The notes beneath the pieces are model-generated. The model was not told the origin of the DNA. It worked only from the letters and a program-made list of their open reading frames with translations, and did no database searches. Positions 17,995-28,214 of a stretch of DNA of 36,949 bases are shown here, one piece after another. Positions within the stretch are counted from its first letter, which is position 1; the number at the start of each line of letters is the position of its first letter. Source of the stretch: an uncultured virus (IMG/VR IMGVR_UViG_3300032257_000003) (Duplodnaviria > Heunggongvirae > Uroviricota > Caudoviricetes); the IMG/VR virus record IMGVR_UViG_3300032257_000003; one strand, given 5' to 3'. Both the position numbers and the translations under genes were made by a program.

Positions 17995-18741
17995 ATGGAA
18001 CAATTTGAGAGCAAATATTTTCGAGGCCAGGGCAAAGTGTTTCTGGCAGACCGTGACGCTGCAGGCCAACCAATGGGTTTAACCTTTATTGGTGATTTAA
18101 CTTCTGCTGATATGACACCGCAAATAGATAAAGAAGAGGTTATTGAAAACGTAACCGGCACTAATGCAGTGGCAGCAAGCTGGCCTACAGGCACTAAATA
18201 TAATTTAAGCATAGCCATGCGATCTGTTAAGAAAGAGCACTTAGCCATTGCATTACAAGCAGACCTGGCAACCAAAATTGCAGGTACTGTGACTGATGAA
18301 TCACATATTGCCTATGACGATAAATTAGTTGCACTTGCACACAACAAAATAAGCGCTGTTGTTGTAACTGATGCAGCCGGCACGACTACATATGCGGCCA
18401 CTACTGATTATATTGTGCATGCAGATGAAGGCATGATTGAAATTTTATCAACCGGCACCATTGTTGATGCAGCGGTGATATTGGTTGATTACAGCTATGC
18501 AGCACAGGGCCACTTAACTGCAAACCCAACTAATACAGATAAATACCTGGTATTTGCGGGCAAAAACTCAGCTGATAATGACAAGCAAGTGCGCTGTGAA
18601 ATTTACAAAGTTAAATTAGATGCCAGTGTGCTTTCAATGATTACGGCCAATGCTGCTGATATGACGCTAACAGGTGAAATTGTGCTTGATTCACTACGCG
18701 CGGCGGGTGATCAATTTTATGGCTGGAAGCTTGAATCTTAA
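17995..18741 (+). CDS. Major tail tube protein
   Basis: YFRGQGKVFLA N-terminus, strong GAGGA SD, position before chaperone and tape measure. Confidence 0.85.
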   Translation: MEQFESKYFRGQGKVFLADRDAAGQPMGLTFIGDLTSADMTPQIDKEEVIENVTGTNAVAASWPTGTKYNLSIAMRSVKKEHLAIALQADLATKIAGTVTDESHIAYDDKLVALAHNKISAVVVTDAAGTTTYAATTDYIVHADEGMIEILSTGTIVDAAVILVDYSYAAQGHLTANPTNTDKYLVFAGKNSADNDKQVRCEIYKVKLDASVLSMITANAADMTLTGEIVLDSLRAAGDQFYGWKLES

Positions 18742-18789
18742 TTAATAATTCTAATGGATCTAATTTTTAATATTTTACAGGTGAATAAA

Positions 18790-18966
18790 ATGAGTATTGA
18801 TAAAAAAGTGAGTGTAAAACTGCTAGACAGCACCCACCAACATGCTGGCACTGATTATACAAAAGGCGATGTTATTACCTTGCGTGAAAGTCAGGCAAAA
18901 AAATTAATTGATTTAAACAAAGCCGAATTATCAAAAGGTGAAACCAGTGACAAATCAACAAACTAA
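18790..18966 (+). CDS. Small tail-region protein
   Basis: HQHAG..Y..GDVI...QAKKL pattern seen in small virion-module proteins; ATG 18790 preferred. Confidence 0.55.
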   Translation: MSIDKKVSVKLLDSTHQHAGTDYTKGDVITLRESQAKKLIDLNKAELSKGETSDKSTN

Positions 18967-19357
18967 TGAAGCGGCTGTTTTATTTCCTGATATGGAGCTA
19001 AGCATAAAAGATGAGCTTATTACCGTTAGGGAATTTAGCTTTTTACAGGGCATAAAAACCCAGGCTATTGCAGCTCCATTCATAAAGGGCTTATCTGCTT
19101 TTTTTGATGATGAGAATGAAGCCACTTTTGAAAAAATGCAGGCAGTTTTCTCTGTGCATATTGAAGCACTTATTGAATTAATGGCTATTAGCACAGGTAA
19201 AAGCGAGCAATGGATATCTGAGTTAAATGATACAGATGGCCAGGCATTGTTAATGACTTTCTGGAGTGTTAACAAAGCTTTTTTTATAAATCGTCTGCTG
19301 CTGAAGGGGATGCAAGCTCAACAGGTGCAGGCCTCGGACTCATCTTTAGCAGGCTAA
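18938..19357 (+). CDS. Tail assembly chaperone (gpG-like)
   Basis: Between tube and tape measure; FWSVNKAFF at the slippery site. Confidence 0.8.
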   Translation: MKPVTNQQTNEAAVLFPDMELSIKDELITVREFSFLQGIKTQAIAAPFIKGLSAFFDDENEATFEKMQAVFSVHIEALIELMAISTGKSEQWISELNDTDGQALLMTFWSVNKAFFINRLLLKGMQAQQVQASDSSLAG

Positions 19358-19539
19358 TTGAGCATGGCCACAGTAAGCAGACGATTGAAAGTTATACCAG
19401 CCGGCAAATAAGCCTTTTTTTTGAGCAGGCAGAAAGGCAGAAAGCACTTGACAGAGCTGACAGATTAGATGATTTAAGCCTGTCATTTTCAGGCAAATTA
19501 AGCGAAGCAGCAGCGGAAATTAGAAAAGCATATGGCTGA
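19279..19539 (+). CDS. -1 frameshift extension of the chaperone (gpGT-like; not in ORF track)
   Basis: T_TTT_TTT at 19279-19285; -1 frame open to TGA 19539 (...RLIEHGHSKQTIESYTSRQISLFF...) with no ATG of its own. Confidence 0.75.
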   Translation, partial: FFYKSSAAEGDASSTGAGLGLIFSRLIEHGHSKQTIESYTSRQISLFFEQAERQKALDRADRLDDLSLSFSGKLSEAAAEIRKAYG

Positions 19540-21598
19540 TAATAAAGAGTTTTTAATTCGTGTTAAAGCAGATATTAAACGGGCCACTAAAGACCTGAAA
19601 ACAGTCTCGTCTGAAATAAGTAAAACCAGTAAGAGCTCTGCTAGTGCAAAAACTGAGGTTAAAAAATTAGGTGAAGGATTTGATTTTTTAACTAAAGCGG
19701 CCGGTGCATATTTTGCATTTGATATATCAAAACGACTTGTTTTACAGGCAGATGCTTATAATGTTTTACAGCAACGCATTAAAACAGCAACCAGAGAAAC
19801 AGGTGATTATGTAAAAGTCTCACAACAGCTGTTTGATGTTACGCAAGCCAATGGCACCCAGTTAAAAACCACGGTTTCACTCTTTCAAAATTTAGCCCGT
19901 TCAGCCCCTGAGTTACAGGCCACTAATGATGAAATGATACAGCTAACTGATTTGGTTCAGCAGTTGGGTATTATTTCTGGTGCCAGTGAATCAAGCCTAA
20001 ATTCTGGTTTATTACAGTTTAGCCAGGGTTTATCTGCAGGTGTTTTTAGAGCAGAAGAGTTTAATTCATTATTAGAAAATATACCTGAAGTAGCCAACCG
20101 CATAGCCAAAGGCATGGGTAAAACAACAGGTGAACTAAGAAAAGCGGTTGTAGATGGTAAGGTTTTATCTAAAGACGTATTTGAATCATTGATAAAGCAG
20201 GCCCCTGAAATAGCTGACCAGTTTAAAGAAATTCCCCTTTCTGTTGAACGCGCTGGCACAAGCTTAAATACCAGCCTGACTAAAATGGTGGCTAAATTAG
20301 ATAAATCATTAGGCTTAACGACAAGCATTGCTAATGCTATGAATTCATGGTCACAGGCCATTGATAGGCTAGACGGTAACCCATTAGTTGAACAGCGTGA
20401 AGATTTAAAGAAATATCAAGATGAACTTAAACACACGACTGAGCAGGTAAACATATTAAAGGCCTCATTAAGTGAAAATTCGACACTTGCAGAAGATGGC
20501 CGTGCTGCGCTTGAATTTGGGCTTATTAATATATCTTCAGCAGATAAATCAGCAAAATTATTAGATGATTTACAACAGCGCGTAACTGATATTCGTTCAA
20601 AAATGCAGAAGATTATTGATGATGTTACTGCACCTGAAGCCACTGCAGGCATAGAAAAAACTACAAGCAATGAGCCAGCTATTGACCCCAAACAGTTAGA
20701 AAAAATTAATGCTATTAATGATGCGTTAAAACAGCAGGCTGAAACATTTGGTAAAGCATCTGAGGAAGTTGCTCTTTATAAATTAGAACTGCTGGGTGCT
20801 GATGAAGCACAATTACAGCTTGCACAAAATACAATTAATACAATTGATGCACAAAAAAAAGCAAATGATCTTTTTCTAGAAGCTGAACAAATTTATAAAG
20901 ACACCAGAACAGAGCAAGAGCAATTAGCAGCCAGCCTGCAAAACCTTGATTCATTATTAGAAAAAGGCGCTATTGACTGGGATACATATTCACGGGCTGT
21001 ATTTAATGCTAATGAAGAGTTTGACTCACTCGCTGATGCAGGTGATAAATCAATGGATAAATTGATTGCGGCAACCCGTGGCTGGGGTGCTCAGTTTACT
21101 AACACCCTTGCTGATATGGTTCAGCAGGGAAAACTTGATTTTAAATCATTAGCCGATTCAATTATTAATGATTTATTGCGCATAATGATTCAACAACAAA
21201 TAACCGCCCCTTTGTTTGCAGGGTTACGCATTCCCGGTTTTTCTGCAGGCACAAATCACACAGGTGGGCTTGCTGGCACAGGGCCAAGCAAACTTGTTAA
21301 CCCGGCGGTTTTTTTGAATGCGCCTAAATATCACACTGGTGGTTTAGCCGGTTTAAAAACCAATGAGGTGCCAGCCATTTTAGAGCGTGGTGAAGAGGTG
21401 CTTACCCGTAACGACCCAAGGCACCAATTTAACCAGGGCGGGGGCAGCGTTAAAGTAGAAATTGAAAACAAGGGCACGCCTTCTGAAATTAACAGCGCTG
21501 AAACGTCTATTGATGTTGATGGCATGGTGGTTAAAGTGATTATGGATGATCACCGCAGAGGCGGCCCCATTCGCCAACTTTTTAAAGGGGGCAGCTAG
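19532..21598 (+). CDS. Tape measure protein
   Basis: QFSQGLSAGVFRAEEFNSLLEN tape-measure domain; DFKSLADSII and HTGG..EVPAILERGEEVL C-terminus. Confidence 0.92.
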   Translation: MADNKEFLIRVKADIKRATKDLKTVSSEISKTSKSSASAKTEVKKLGEGFDFLTKAAGAYFAFDISKRLVLQADAYNVLQQRIKTATRETGDYVKVSQQLFDVTQANGTQLKTTVSLFQNLARSAPELQATNDEMIQLTDLVQQLGIISGASESSLNSGLLQFSQGLSAGVFRAEEFNSLLENIPEVANRIAKGMGKTTGELRKAVVDGKVLSKDVFESLIKQAPEIADQFKEIPLSVERAGTSLNTSLTKMVAKLDKSLGLTTSIANAMNSWSQAIDRLDGNPLVEQREDLKKYQDELKHTTEQVNILKASLSENSTLAEDGRAALEFGLINISSADKSAKLLDDLQQRVTDIRSKMQKIIDDVTAPEATAGIEKTTSNEPAIDPKQLEKINAINDALKQQAETFGKASEEVALYKLELLGADEAQLQLAQNTINTIDAQKKANDLFLEAEQIYKDTRTEQEQLAASLQNLDSLLEKGAIDWDTYSRAVFNANEEFDSLADAGDKSMDKLIAATRGWGAQFTNTLADMVQQGKLDFKSLADSIINDLLRIMIQQQITAPLFAGLRIPGFSAGTNHTGGLAGTGPSKLVNPAVFLNAPKYHTGGLAGLKTNEVPAILERGEEVLTRNDPRHQFNQGGGSVKVEIENKGTPSEINSAETSIDVDGMVVKVIMDDHRRGGPIRQLFKGGS

Positions 21599-21957
21599 TG
21601 GCATTTCCTGATTATGGTCAATTTTTACTTAAAGGTTTTAGTGAAAGCCCTGAATCACCTGTTGTGCGCACAGAAATGGAAGATGGCTATGCCAAAGAAG
21701 GCCTGGTTAGAAGCAGAGTATTAGTGCCCAGGTCAGTTACTTATTTTTATACGTTATCTGAATACGCTAACTTTAAAACATGGTTTCAGGCAGAAGCTAA
21801 AGGCGGTTTGTTTTTTGACTGGGTAAACCCGGTTGGTGGTGTTGTTACCTCAGTGCGCATGAAGCAAAGCATTTACTCAACAAAATTTGTTAATCAAAAC
21901 AACGGTAAAGAGCTGGCTGCTGAAGTGAGTTTTATTTTAGAGAGCTGGGAGTTTTAA
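21598..21957 (+). CDS. Distal tail protein (gpM-like)
   Basis: VVRTEMEDG, FFDWVNP; follows the tape measure. Confidence 0.7.
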   Translation: MAFPDYGQFLLKGFSESPESPVVRTEMEDGYAKEGLVRSRVLVPRSVTYFYTLSEYANFKTWFQAEAKGGLFFDWVNPVGGVVTSVRMKQSIYSTKFVNQNNGKELAAEVSFILESWEF

Positions 21958-22430
21958 TGCCTCGTAATGTATCGAATAATTATTTAGATGCGGTTATTAG
22001 TAATGCGAAAGAACTGCCACTTACCTTGCTTGAAATTACACATGCTGGTTTAACTGTGCCGGTAAGAGTGGTTAATGACACGCAAGATATAACCGTTAAT
22101 GGCGATGTTTTTTCTAAAATGGCATTTCGTGCCACCCTGCCAGATGATTTAAGCAAGGGCCAGCCTAGGGCGCGTATTGTTATAGATAATATTGGCCATG
22201 AATTAACCGACTGGATAGAAAGCACGGGTGGTGGCAAAGATGCACAAGTCAGGTTAATGCAGGTGCTCAGATCAGACCCGAATGTTTTAGAAATTGATAT
22301 AACACTAGGCCTTGATGATGTGAATATGACTCAAATTGAGGTAAGTGGAGAATTAAGTTTTGATGATATTTTAAACAGGCCGGCTGTTACGGTTAATTAC
22401 AGGCCTGAAATTGCGGGTGGTTTATTTTAA
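21957..22430 (+). CDS. Minor tail protein (DUF1833 / gpL-like)
   Basis: LLEITH..PVRVVND, IVIDNIG, YRP..GLF. Confidence 0.75.
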   Translation: MPRNVSNNYLDAVISNAKELPLTLLEITHAGLTVPVRVVNDTQDITVNGDVFSKMAFRATLPDDLSKGQPRARIVIDNIGHELTDWIESTGGGKDAQVRLMQVLRSDPNVLEIDITLGLDDVNMTQIEVSGELSFDDILNRPAVTVNYRPEIAGGLF

Positions 22431-22834
22431 TGGCGCACTTACAAAACCAACCGGCAAAACATTGGGCTGAAAAATATATAGGCATTACTTATAAAGAAAA
22501 TGATTGTGCTGAGCTGGCCTTACGAGTGCAAAAAAATGAATTTTCTAAAATTATAGATTTACCGAATCATCGTGAAACAGGTATACGTAAGCTTTCAAAT
22601 CAAATTCAGAATTTACAAAGTGATTTTGCAGATAAAACCTCACAACCTGTAGAGGGTGATGCTGTTCTGATGCGCAGCAGAGGGCGCATTAATCACATAG
22701 GTATTTATTGCTTTATGAATAATGAAGCGTTTGTTTTACATGCCATGAGAAATGCAGGCTGTGTGTGTTTACATAAGTTACGAGAGTTAAAAAACATTGG
22801 TTTAGATTTAGAGGGGTTTTATAGATGGAAGTAA
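22430..22834 (+). CDS. NlpC/P60 tail tip peptidase (gpK-like, no JAB domain)
   Basis: YIG..Y..DC, GDAVLM, HIGIY, VLHA. Confidence 0.85.
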   Translation: MAHLQNQPAKHWAEKYIGITYKENDCAELALRVQKNEFSKIIDLPNHRETGIRKLSNQIQNLQSDFADKTSQPVEGDAVLMRSRGRINHIGIYCFMNNEAFVLHAMRNAGCVCLHKLRELKNIGLDLEGFYRWK

Positions 22835-25800
22835 AACCCGAGTTAACTAATTTACCTGTGCCTTTTAGGCCTACACCTAATTTGGTTTATAGCCCACACC
22901 CAATAAGTGCCGCTACAGACAGGCAGGTGCATTGTGTGCCGTTTTTGCCCAGAGAATCTATATTAGATTATTTAATCAGGCTTAATATTAAATTTACGCA
23001 ACCGGTTGCGCTTTGCTTAAATGACAAACGTATTAAACCTGAATACTGGCAAAACACCTACCCTAAAACAGGTGATGTAATAACCGTTAGAGCCATAGTG
23101 CAAGGTGGTGATGAGGGGTCGGACCCTTTGCGCATAATATTAACAATTGGTGTGCTTGCTTTATCATCTGGCACATTGGTTGGTGGCTGGGCGGCTGTTA
23201 TGGGTGCGGGTGCTGCTGGCCCAGCACTGGTTGCTATTGGTGGCATGTTATTAGTTAACGCATTAGTGCCTACACCTGAGCCACCTGATTTTGGTGATAA
23301 CACAAGCCCGACTTATTCTATTACTAATGGTTCAAACCGTGCGCGGTTGTTTCAGCCACTGCCTTTAGTTATGGGCACACATAAAGTGGTGGCAGATCTA
23401 GGGGCTAAGCCGTTTACTGAAATTAGGGGTGAAGATCAGTTTTTATATCAAATATTTAATTTTGGTTTAAGTAATGTAACTTTAAGTGATTTTAAAATTG
23501 GTGATACACCCACCACCAGTTTTGATGATGTAAGCATTGAAGAAACAACAACATCAAACTATAACCTGACTTCTTTTCCTGCAAATGTAGACACCGTTCA
23601 AGGCGGCACACTTGAACTTGATGGCACATGGGTTCAGCGCACTACCTCAATAGATACAACGGCAATTGGCATTGATATATCAGGGCTTATTTTTTACAGT
23701 GATAAAAAAAGGGGCATTGTTACATTAAGAGTTGTTTTGTTATTTGAATATCGTTTAGTTGGTTCGGGTACCTGGCTAAACCTAACGAGCTGGACAATTG
23801 ACAATGATGATAGAAACCCTTTTAGAGGCGGCTCAAAATTTAACGTGCCAAGTGGTCAATATGACGTTAGGGCAAGATATGTTAGTGCGGCTATTCCTAG
23901 AACTTTTTGTTCGTATGATGATTTTATTGAAGAAACAGTATGTAATACAGTTGAAGTAGCTGTTGACCCAGAAGCTGATGATAATGCAAGTGCGGTTGTT
24001 AATTGGAGTATTTTGCGTAGTTATCAACCTGATACCTCAGATTATACAGGGCAAAAAAGAGTGGCTATTAGCATTAAAGCTAATGGTCAACTACAGGGCC
24101 AGATAGAACAGTTCAATGCTATTGCTAGTGCACGTTGCCCAGTGTGGACAGGCTCAGCATGGGTAACTCAGGCAACCAGTAACCCGGCATGGTGGTTTTT
24201 ATGGTTTGCCAGGGGCGATTTTTCAGGCTCATTGCGTTTATATGGTGCGGGGTTACCAGATGCGAGAATTGATATTGCAGCCATTCAAGCGTGGGCCGTG
24301 TGGTGTGATGCAAAAGGTTTAACTTTTGATGCAGTTATTGACAGGGCAATGAACTGCCAGCAAGTGCTGCAGTTAATTGCACGTTGTGGCCGTGCTGCAC
24401 CTACATGGGCAACAGGTAAATTAGGCGCGGTGTGGGATGCAGAAAACCAGTCACCCGTTACTGTTTTTGGTATGGGCAATATAGTGCGCAATACTTTTCA
24501 GGTAAATTATTTAACCGGGCGAGTTGCAGATGAAGTTATTGTTAATTTTATAAACCCAAACAATAACTGGCAGCCCGACACCGTGCGCTCAACTGTACCC
24601 GGTGTAACCAACCCACAAAACCCGGTAACTATTGATTTATTTGGCTGCACCAGTGAAATAATGGCCGGCCGTGAAGCTAATTTAATTGCAGCAGAGCAAG
24701 CCCATAGACGCCGCCAAATTAATTTTGAAACAGATATGGAGGGCATGGTTGTTCAGCGGGGTGATGTGTCTGTTCTGAGCCATGATTTAACAACATGGGG
24801 GGTTTCTGGCCGTTTAATAAGTGGCACCACAACCGTGCTTAGACTCGGCCGTGAAATTGAAATGACACCGGCAATAACTAACTATATAGGTGTTAGAGCA
24901 CCCGATGGAAGTTATGATGTTTATAGCCTGTTTTATGCAGGCGGTTTACGTGATGTTGTAACACTTACCAGCCCATTGCCTTTAGCCCCTGATAATGATT
25001 TAAATCACCGCCCTGAAGATTATCTTTTTGTGTTTGCTCCACAGGCAACACCGGGCAAGTTAGTAAAAATAACGGATATACGCCCACTTTCAGCAACTCG
25101 CGTTAAAATCACGGCAACAGATGAAGGCCCCGCATATTACTTATCTGAATTTAATAGTTATACCTATATACCAGGTGCAAATTTTGGTTTAGATTTACCG
25201 TCTATTTCGGGTGTAATTTTTAGCGACACATTAATTAGAATTGGTGCTGGTTTTGGTGTGCGTGTTGGTGCTGTTTGGGATGTTGTTGGCCAATATGGTA
25301 GCGCAACAATTAGAGCGGCAAGTTATGGCCAGCCATTAAAAGAAATTGGCAAAACGATTGGCAGAAGCTTTCAGTTTGACTGGAACGCTGAGGGTAATAT
25401 AGATATTGAAATAACCCTGGCAAATTTAAAGGGTCAGTTTGGCTCTAATAGCCGATTCACTAAAACCTATGTAATTCAGGGTAAATCTGCGCCACCTTCA
25501 GATGTAACAGGTTTTCAGGCTTCTCAGGTTGGTGAAGCCGTAGTTATGCACTGGAATGCAGTGCCCGATATAGATGCATCGGGTTATGATATTCGTTACG
25601 GCCCAAGGGGTAACAGCAGCTATGCAGATGCAACGCCTTTCACAGAGATAACAAAAGGTACCAGTCTGACAACAAAAGATGTGCCACCAGGTGACTGGAC
25701 AATTTATATTAAAGCCGTTGATACAACAGATAATAAAAGCCTTAATGATGTGAGCTCTAATGTTAATTTTATTAGTACATATGACATTATTGACCAAGTT

Positions 25801-26442
25801 GACCAGGCACCTGACTGGTTAGGTACAGTCGTTAATTTTGTTAAGCGTTGGGATGGTACTTTAGTACCTTCAAGCACTTCAAATAATGCAGCCATAGGCT
25901 GGCGCGTATTTGATGAATTTGTACCAGATCCCGCTTTAAATTGCAGTTACACAGCACCTGAGCAAGACATTGGCTATGATGACACTGTGCGTATTTGGGG
26001 CAACGTAATTTCAGCATTAGGCCCTGGTGAGATTGGCAAGGCAGACCCTAAAGTTTCAGTTGATCATAGATTATCAGCGGGCAGTTATGACGGTTTTGAA
26101 GGCTGGACAGTGGGCAATATATTTTGTCGGTTTACTAAACAAAAATTAACGCTTGATACTAGCGTAGGGCTGGCCTACATCAGTGAGTTTACACCTACTG
26201 TTGATTTATTAGAGTGGAAACAAAAACTTAAAAACATTGTAATTGACCCGGGCGGCACAACAGTGCCATTTGATAAACAATTTCATACAGTGCCATTTCC
26301 CATTACCATCTTTATGGTTGATGGCAGCCTGTTAAAACCATTTATTACCAATATTACAGAGCAGAATTGTTTAATTAATGTTTATGATAACGCCAACACC
26401 TCAGTTGGCGGCACCATAAGCGCAGAATTTGAAGGGGCTTAA
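22825..26442 (+). CDS. Tail tip / host specificity protein (gpI-like + TipJ fusion)
   Basis: N-terminal beta-grasp-like segment ending VQGG; SNPAWW, GDVSVLSH, FnIII-like PPSDVTGF. Confidence 0.9.
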   Translation: MEVKPELTNLPVPFRPTPNLVYSPHPISAATDRQVHCVPFLPRESILDYLIRLNIKFTQPVALCLNDKRIKPEYWQNTYPKTGDVITVRAIVQGGDEGSDPLRIILTIGVLALSSGTLVGGWAAVMGAGAAGPALVAIGGMLLVNALVPTPEPPDFGDNTSPTYSITNGSNRARLFQPLPLVMGTHKVVADLGAKPFTEIRGEDQFLYQIFNFGLSNVTLSDFKIGDTPTTSFDDVSIEETTTSNYNLTSFPANVDTVQGGTLELDGTWVQRTTSIDTTAIGIDISGLIFYSDKKRGIVTLRVVLLFEYRLVGSGTWLNLTSWTIDNDDRNPFRGGSKFNVPSGQYDVRARYVSAAIPRTFCSYDDFIEETVCNTVEVAVDPEADDNASAVVNWSILRSYQPDTSDYTGQKRVAISIKANGQLQGQIEQFNAIASARCPVWTGSAWVTQATSNPAWWFLWFARGDFSGSLRLYGAGLPDARIDIAAIQAWAVWCDAKGLTFDAVIDRAMNCQQVLQLIARCGRAAPTWATGKLGAVWDAENQSPVTVFGMGNIVRNTFQVNYLTGRVADEVIVNFINPNNNWQPDTVRSTVPGVTNPQNPVTIDLFGCTSEIMAGREANLIAAEQAHRRRQINFETDMEGMVVQRGDVSVLSHDLTTWGVSGRLISGTTTVLRLGREIEMTPAITNYIGVRAPDGSYDVYSLFYAGGLRDVVTLTSPLPLAPDNDLNHRPEDYLFVFAPQATPGKLVKITDIRPLSATRVKITATDEGPAYYLSEFNSYTYIPGANFGLDLPSISGVIFSDTLIRIGAGFGVRVGAVWDVVGQYGSATIRAASYGQPLKEIGKTIGRSFQFDWNAEGNIDIEITLANLKGQFGSNSRFTKTYVIQGKSAPPSDVTGFQASQVGEAVVMHWNAVPDIDASGYDIRYGPRGNSSYADATPFTEITKGTSLTTKDVPPGDWTIYIKAVDTTDNKSLNDVSSNVNFISTYDIIDQVDQAPDWLGTVVNFVKRWDGTLVPSSTSNNAAIGWRVFDEFVPDPALNCSYTAPEQDIGYDDTVRIWGNVISALGPGEIGKADPKVSVDHRLSAGSYDGFEGWTVGNIFCRFTKQKLTLDTSVGLAYISEFTPTVDLLEWKQKLKNIVIDPGGTTVPFDKQFHTVPFPITIFMVDGSLLKPFITNITEQNCLINVYDNANTSVGGTISAEFEGA

Positions 26443-26444
26443 TT

Positions 26445-27296
26445 ATGGTTGCAACATTTGAACAACCTAACCATGTAACAACACACCCGGATGCAACGGC
26501 TTATAAAAATGCCATTGAAGCATCTATTAAAGTAAACCATGAGGTGGCCGGGCAGTTTGCACCGCATGAGGCGGCTGCGCCTGATATGACAATTGTAGTT
26601 GATGATGGGCGTTTTATGTATGCAGGTGGTCTGGTTATACAGCCACAACAAACAACGGTTGCTTTTGTGGCACCTATTAATAACCCTAGAATTGATAGAG
26701 TAGTTATTGATAATGTGACGGGTGCCATTTCTATTGTTTCTGGTGTAGAAAATGTCGCGCCTGTGGCACCGGCTATACCTATAGGAAAGCAGCCTTGTTG
26801 CCAGGTGCTCTTAATAAATACTCCTGCTACAACTGTTATTACAAATACTATGATTAGTGATGAGAGAGTTGGGCCCTCAGATAATGGTTTTGAAGCTGGA
26901 AACTGGACGCCAATTTTGATAGATAATAGTTTTACCGATGATGAAGGCCAGACATACAGCGAGCAAACAGGTCATTATATGAAAATTGGGAATATTGTAT
27001 TTATCTCAGGCGTTGTCTGGCTGAATTCATTAGGCGCGCTTTCTGCAGCAGGTACCTGCCAAATTAAAGGCTTGCCGTATACTTCAAAGTCGAACAGCAG
27101 GCCTGGTGGAATAAATTGTAATGCTGGTGGTTCGTTAAATATTACAGCTGGCACGAACATATCTGGAGAGGTAGTGGCTGGATCTAATAGAGTGGCACTC
27201 CATTTATGGAATAGTTCTTTAGGCACTATTGGGTTAACAGTTGGTCAGTTTTCAGCTGGTGGTCTTATAAATTTTCATGGGCACTATTTCATTTAG
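26445..27296 (+). CDS. Tail fibre / receptor-binding protein
   Basis: NPRIDRVVID N-domain; EAGNWTP...GHYMKIGNIVF...GLPY head-domain pattern. Confidence 0.75.
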   Translation: MVATFEQPNHVTTHPDATAYKNAIEASIKVNHEVAGQFAPHEAAAPDMTIVVDDGRFMYAGGLVIQPQQTTVAFVAPINNPRIDRVVIDNVTGAISIVSGVENVAPVAPAIPIGKQPCCQVLLINTPATTVITNTMISDERVGPSDNGFEAGNWTPILIDNSFTDDEGQTYSEQTGHYMKIGNIVFISGVVWLNSLGALSAAGTCQIKGLPYTSKSNSRPGGINCNAGGSLNITAGTNISGEVVAGSNRVALHLWNSSLGTIGLTVGQFSAGGLINFHGHYFI

Positions 27297-27501
27297 GCTT
27301 ATTTTAATTAAATAAAATATGAGAAGCGCAGCATCATTACCCAAACGAGTTATAGACAGGAGAAATTCCCAACCTATACTCAATTAAATAATAATATCGT
27401 CAATAATGACGAATTATGACAAAAAATGATAAGTTCTGATTCAATGGATAAATAAAGCACATGAGCAGTCGAAGTCAGTAAGAATAATAAGGAATTAACA
27501 A

Positions 27502-27699
27502 ATGACTGGCAGCTCTGAAAATATAGTTAATTTGCATAACGTTAGAGATAGTCATAATCATAATGAGCAGGCATTAAGTGCCATTGCCATAATGAGAAAA
27601 AGAAAAAACATTAATGATATTAAAGACCCTGAAAAGCGGGTCGTTTTATTGGTAGAGTGGAGACTTGAAGCTGAAAAATATTGGTCAGAATATTGTTAA
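27502..27699 (+). CDS. Hypothetical protein
   Basis: 65 aa with TAAGGA SD. Confidence 0.6.
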   Translation: MTGSSENIVNLHNVRDSHNHNEQALSAIAIMRKRKNINDIKDPEKRVVLLVEWRLEAEKYWSEYC

Positions 27700-28176
27700 C
27701 TAGTCAAAATCATCGTCTGCTTTATTGCTGTTAATCAGCGGCTTGCAGACGGTGTAATTTGCTTCAGCCAAATTTAACCAGGCATTTCTAGTTGCGCCTT
27801 TCTCGCTTCCTAATGTTGAATCAAACATAGAATAGACACCCGCTTGCATTTTTGATGTGCCATTAGTTTCTGTAATGATGATTCTACCTAAAACAATGCC
27901 ACCAATGCCCCCTGAATCTGGGCCTGCATATATATCACAAAATAGCTGATTAGCTGATTTATCAAAGCATTTATCAAGGCCTATGTTAATAGAGTTAACT
28001 CTGTGTCCACAACGCCTGAAACCTTCAAGCAAATTAATTTTAACGGTTGCTAACGGAAGTTTGTATTGATTTTCAGACCAGGTAAAATCGGTTTCTTTTA
28101 GTTGCCCGGCTGGAATCATGCATGATGTTAATGTGATGATTAATGAAATTGATAAACTGAATTTTAAAAGAGTCAT
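27700..28176 (-). CDS. Lipoprotein, possible superinfection exclusion factor
   Basis: Signal peptide with LTSC lipobox; AGGA SD before ATG 28176; co-oriented with the repressor. Confidence 0.7.
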   Translation of the reverse strand: MTLLKFSLSISLIITLTSCMIPAGQLKETDFTWSENQYKLPLATVKINLLEGFRRCGHRVNSINIGLDKCFDKSANQLFCDIYAGPDSGGIGGIVLGRIIITETNGTSKMQAGVYSMFDSTLGSEKGATRNAWLNLAEANYTVCKPLINSNKADDDFD

Positions 28177-28214
28177 ATTTGCGTCCTGTGCCACTATTAG
28201 TTTTGTGATATCGC

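Noticed and set aside
22825..27500. Diversity-generating retroelement or tail-fibre shufflon
   Set aside because: No reverse transcriptase, no TR/VR repeat pair and no inverted fibre cassettes seen
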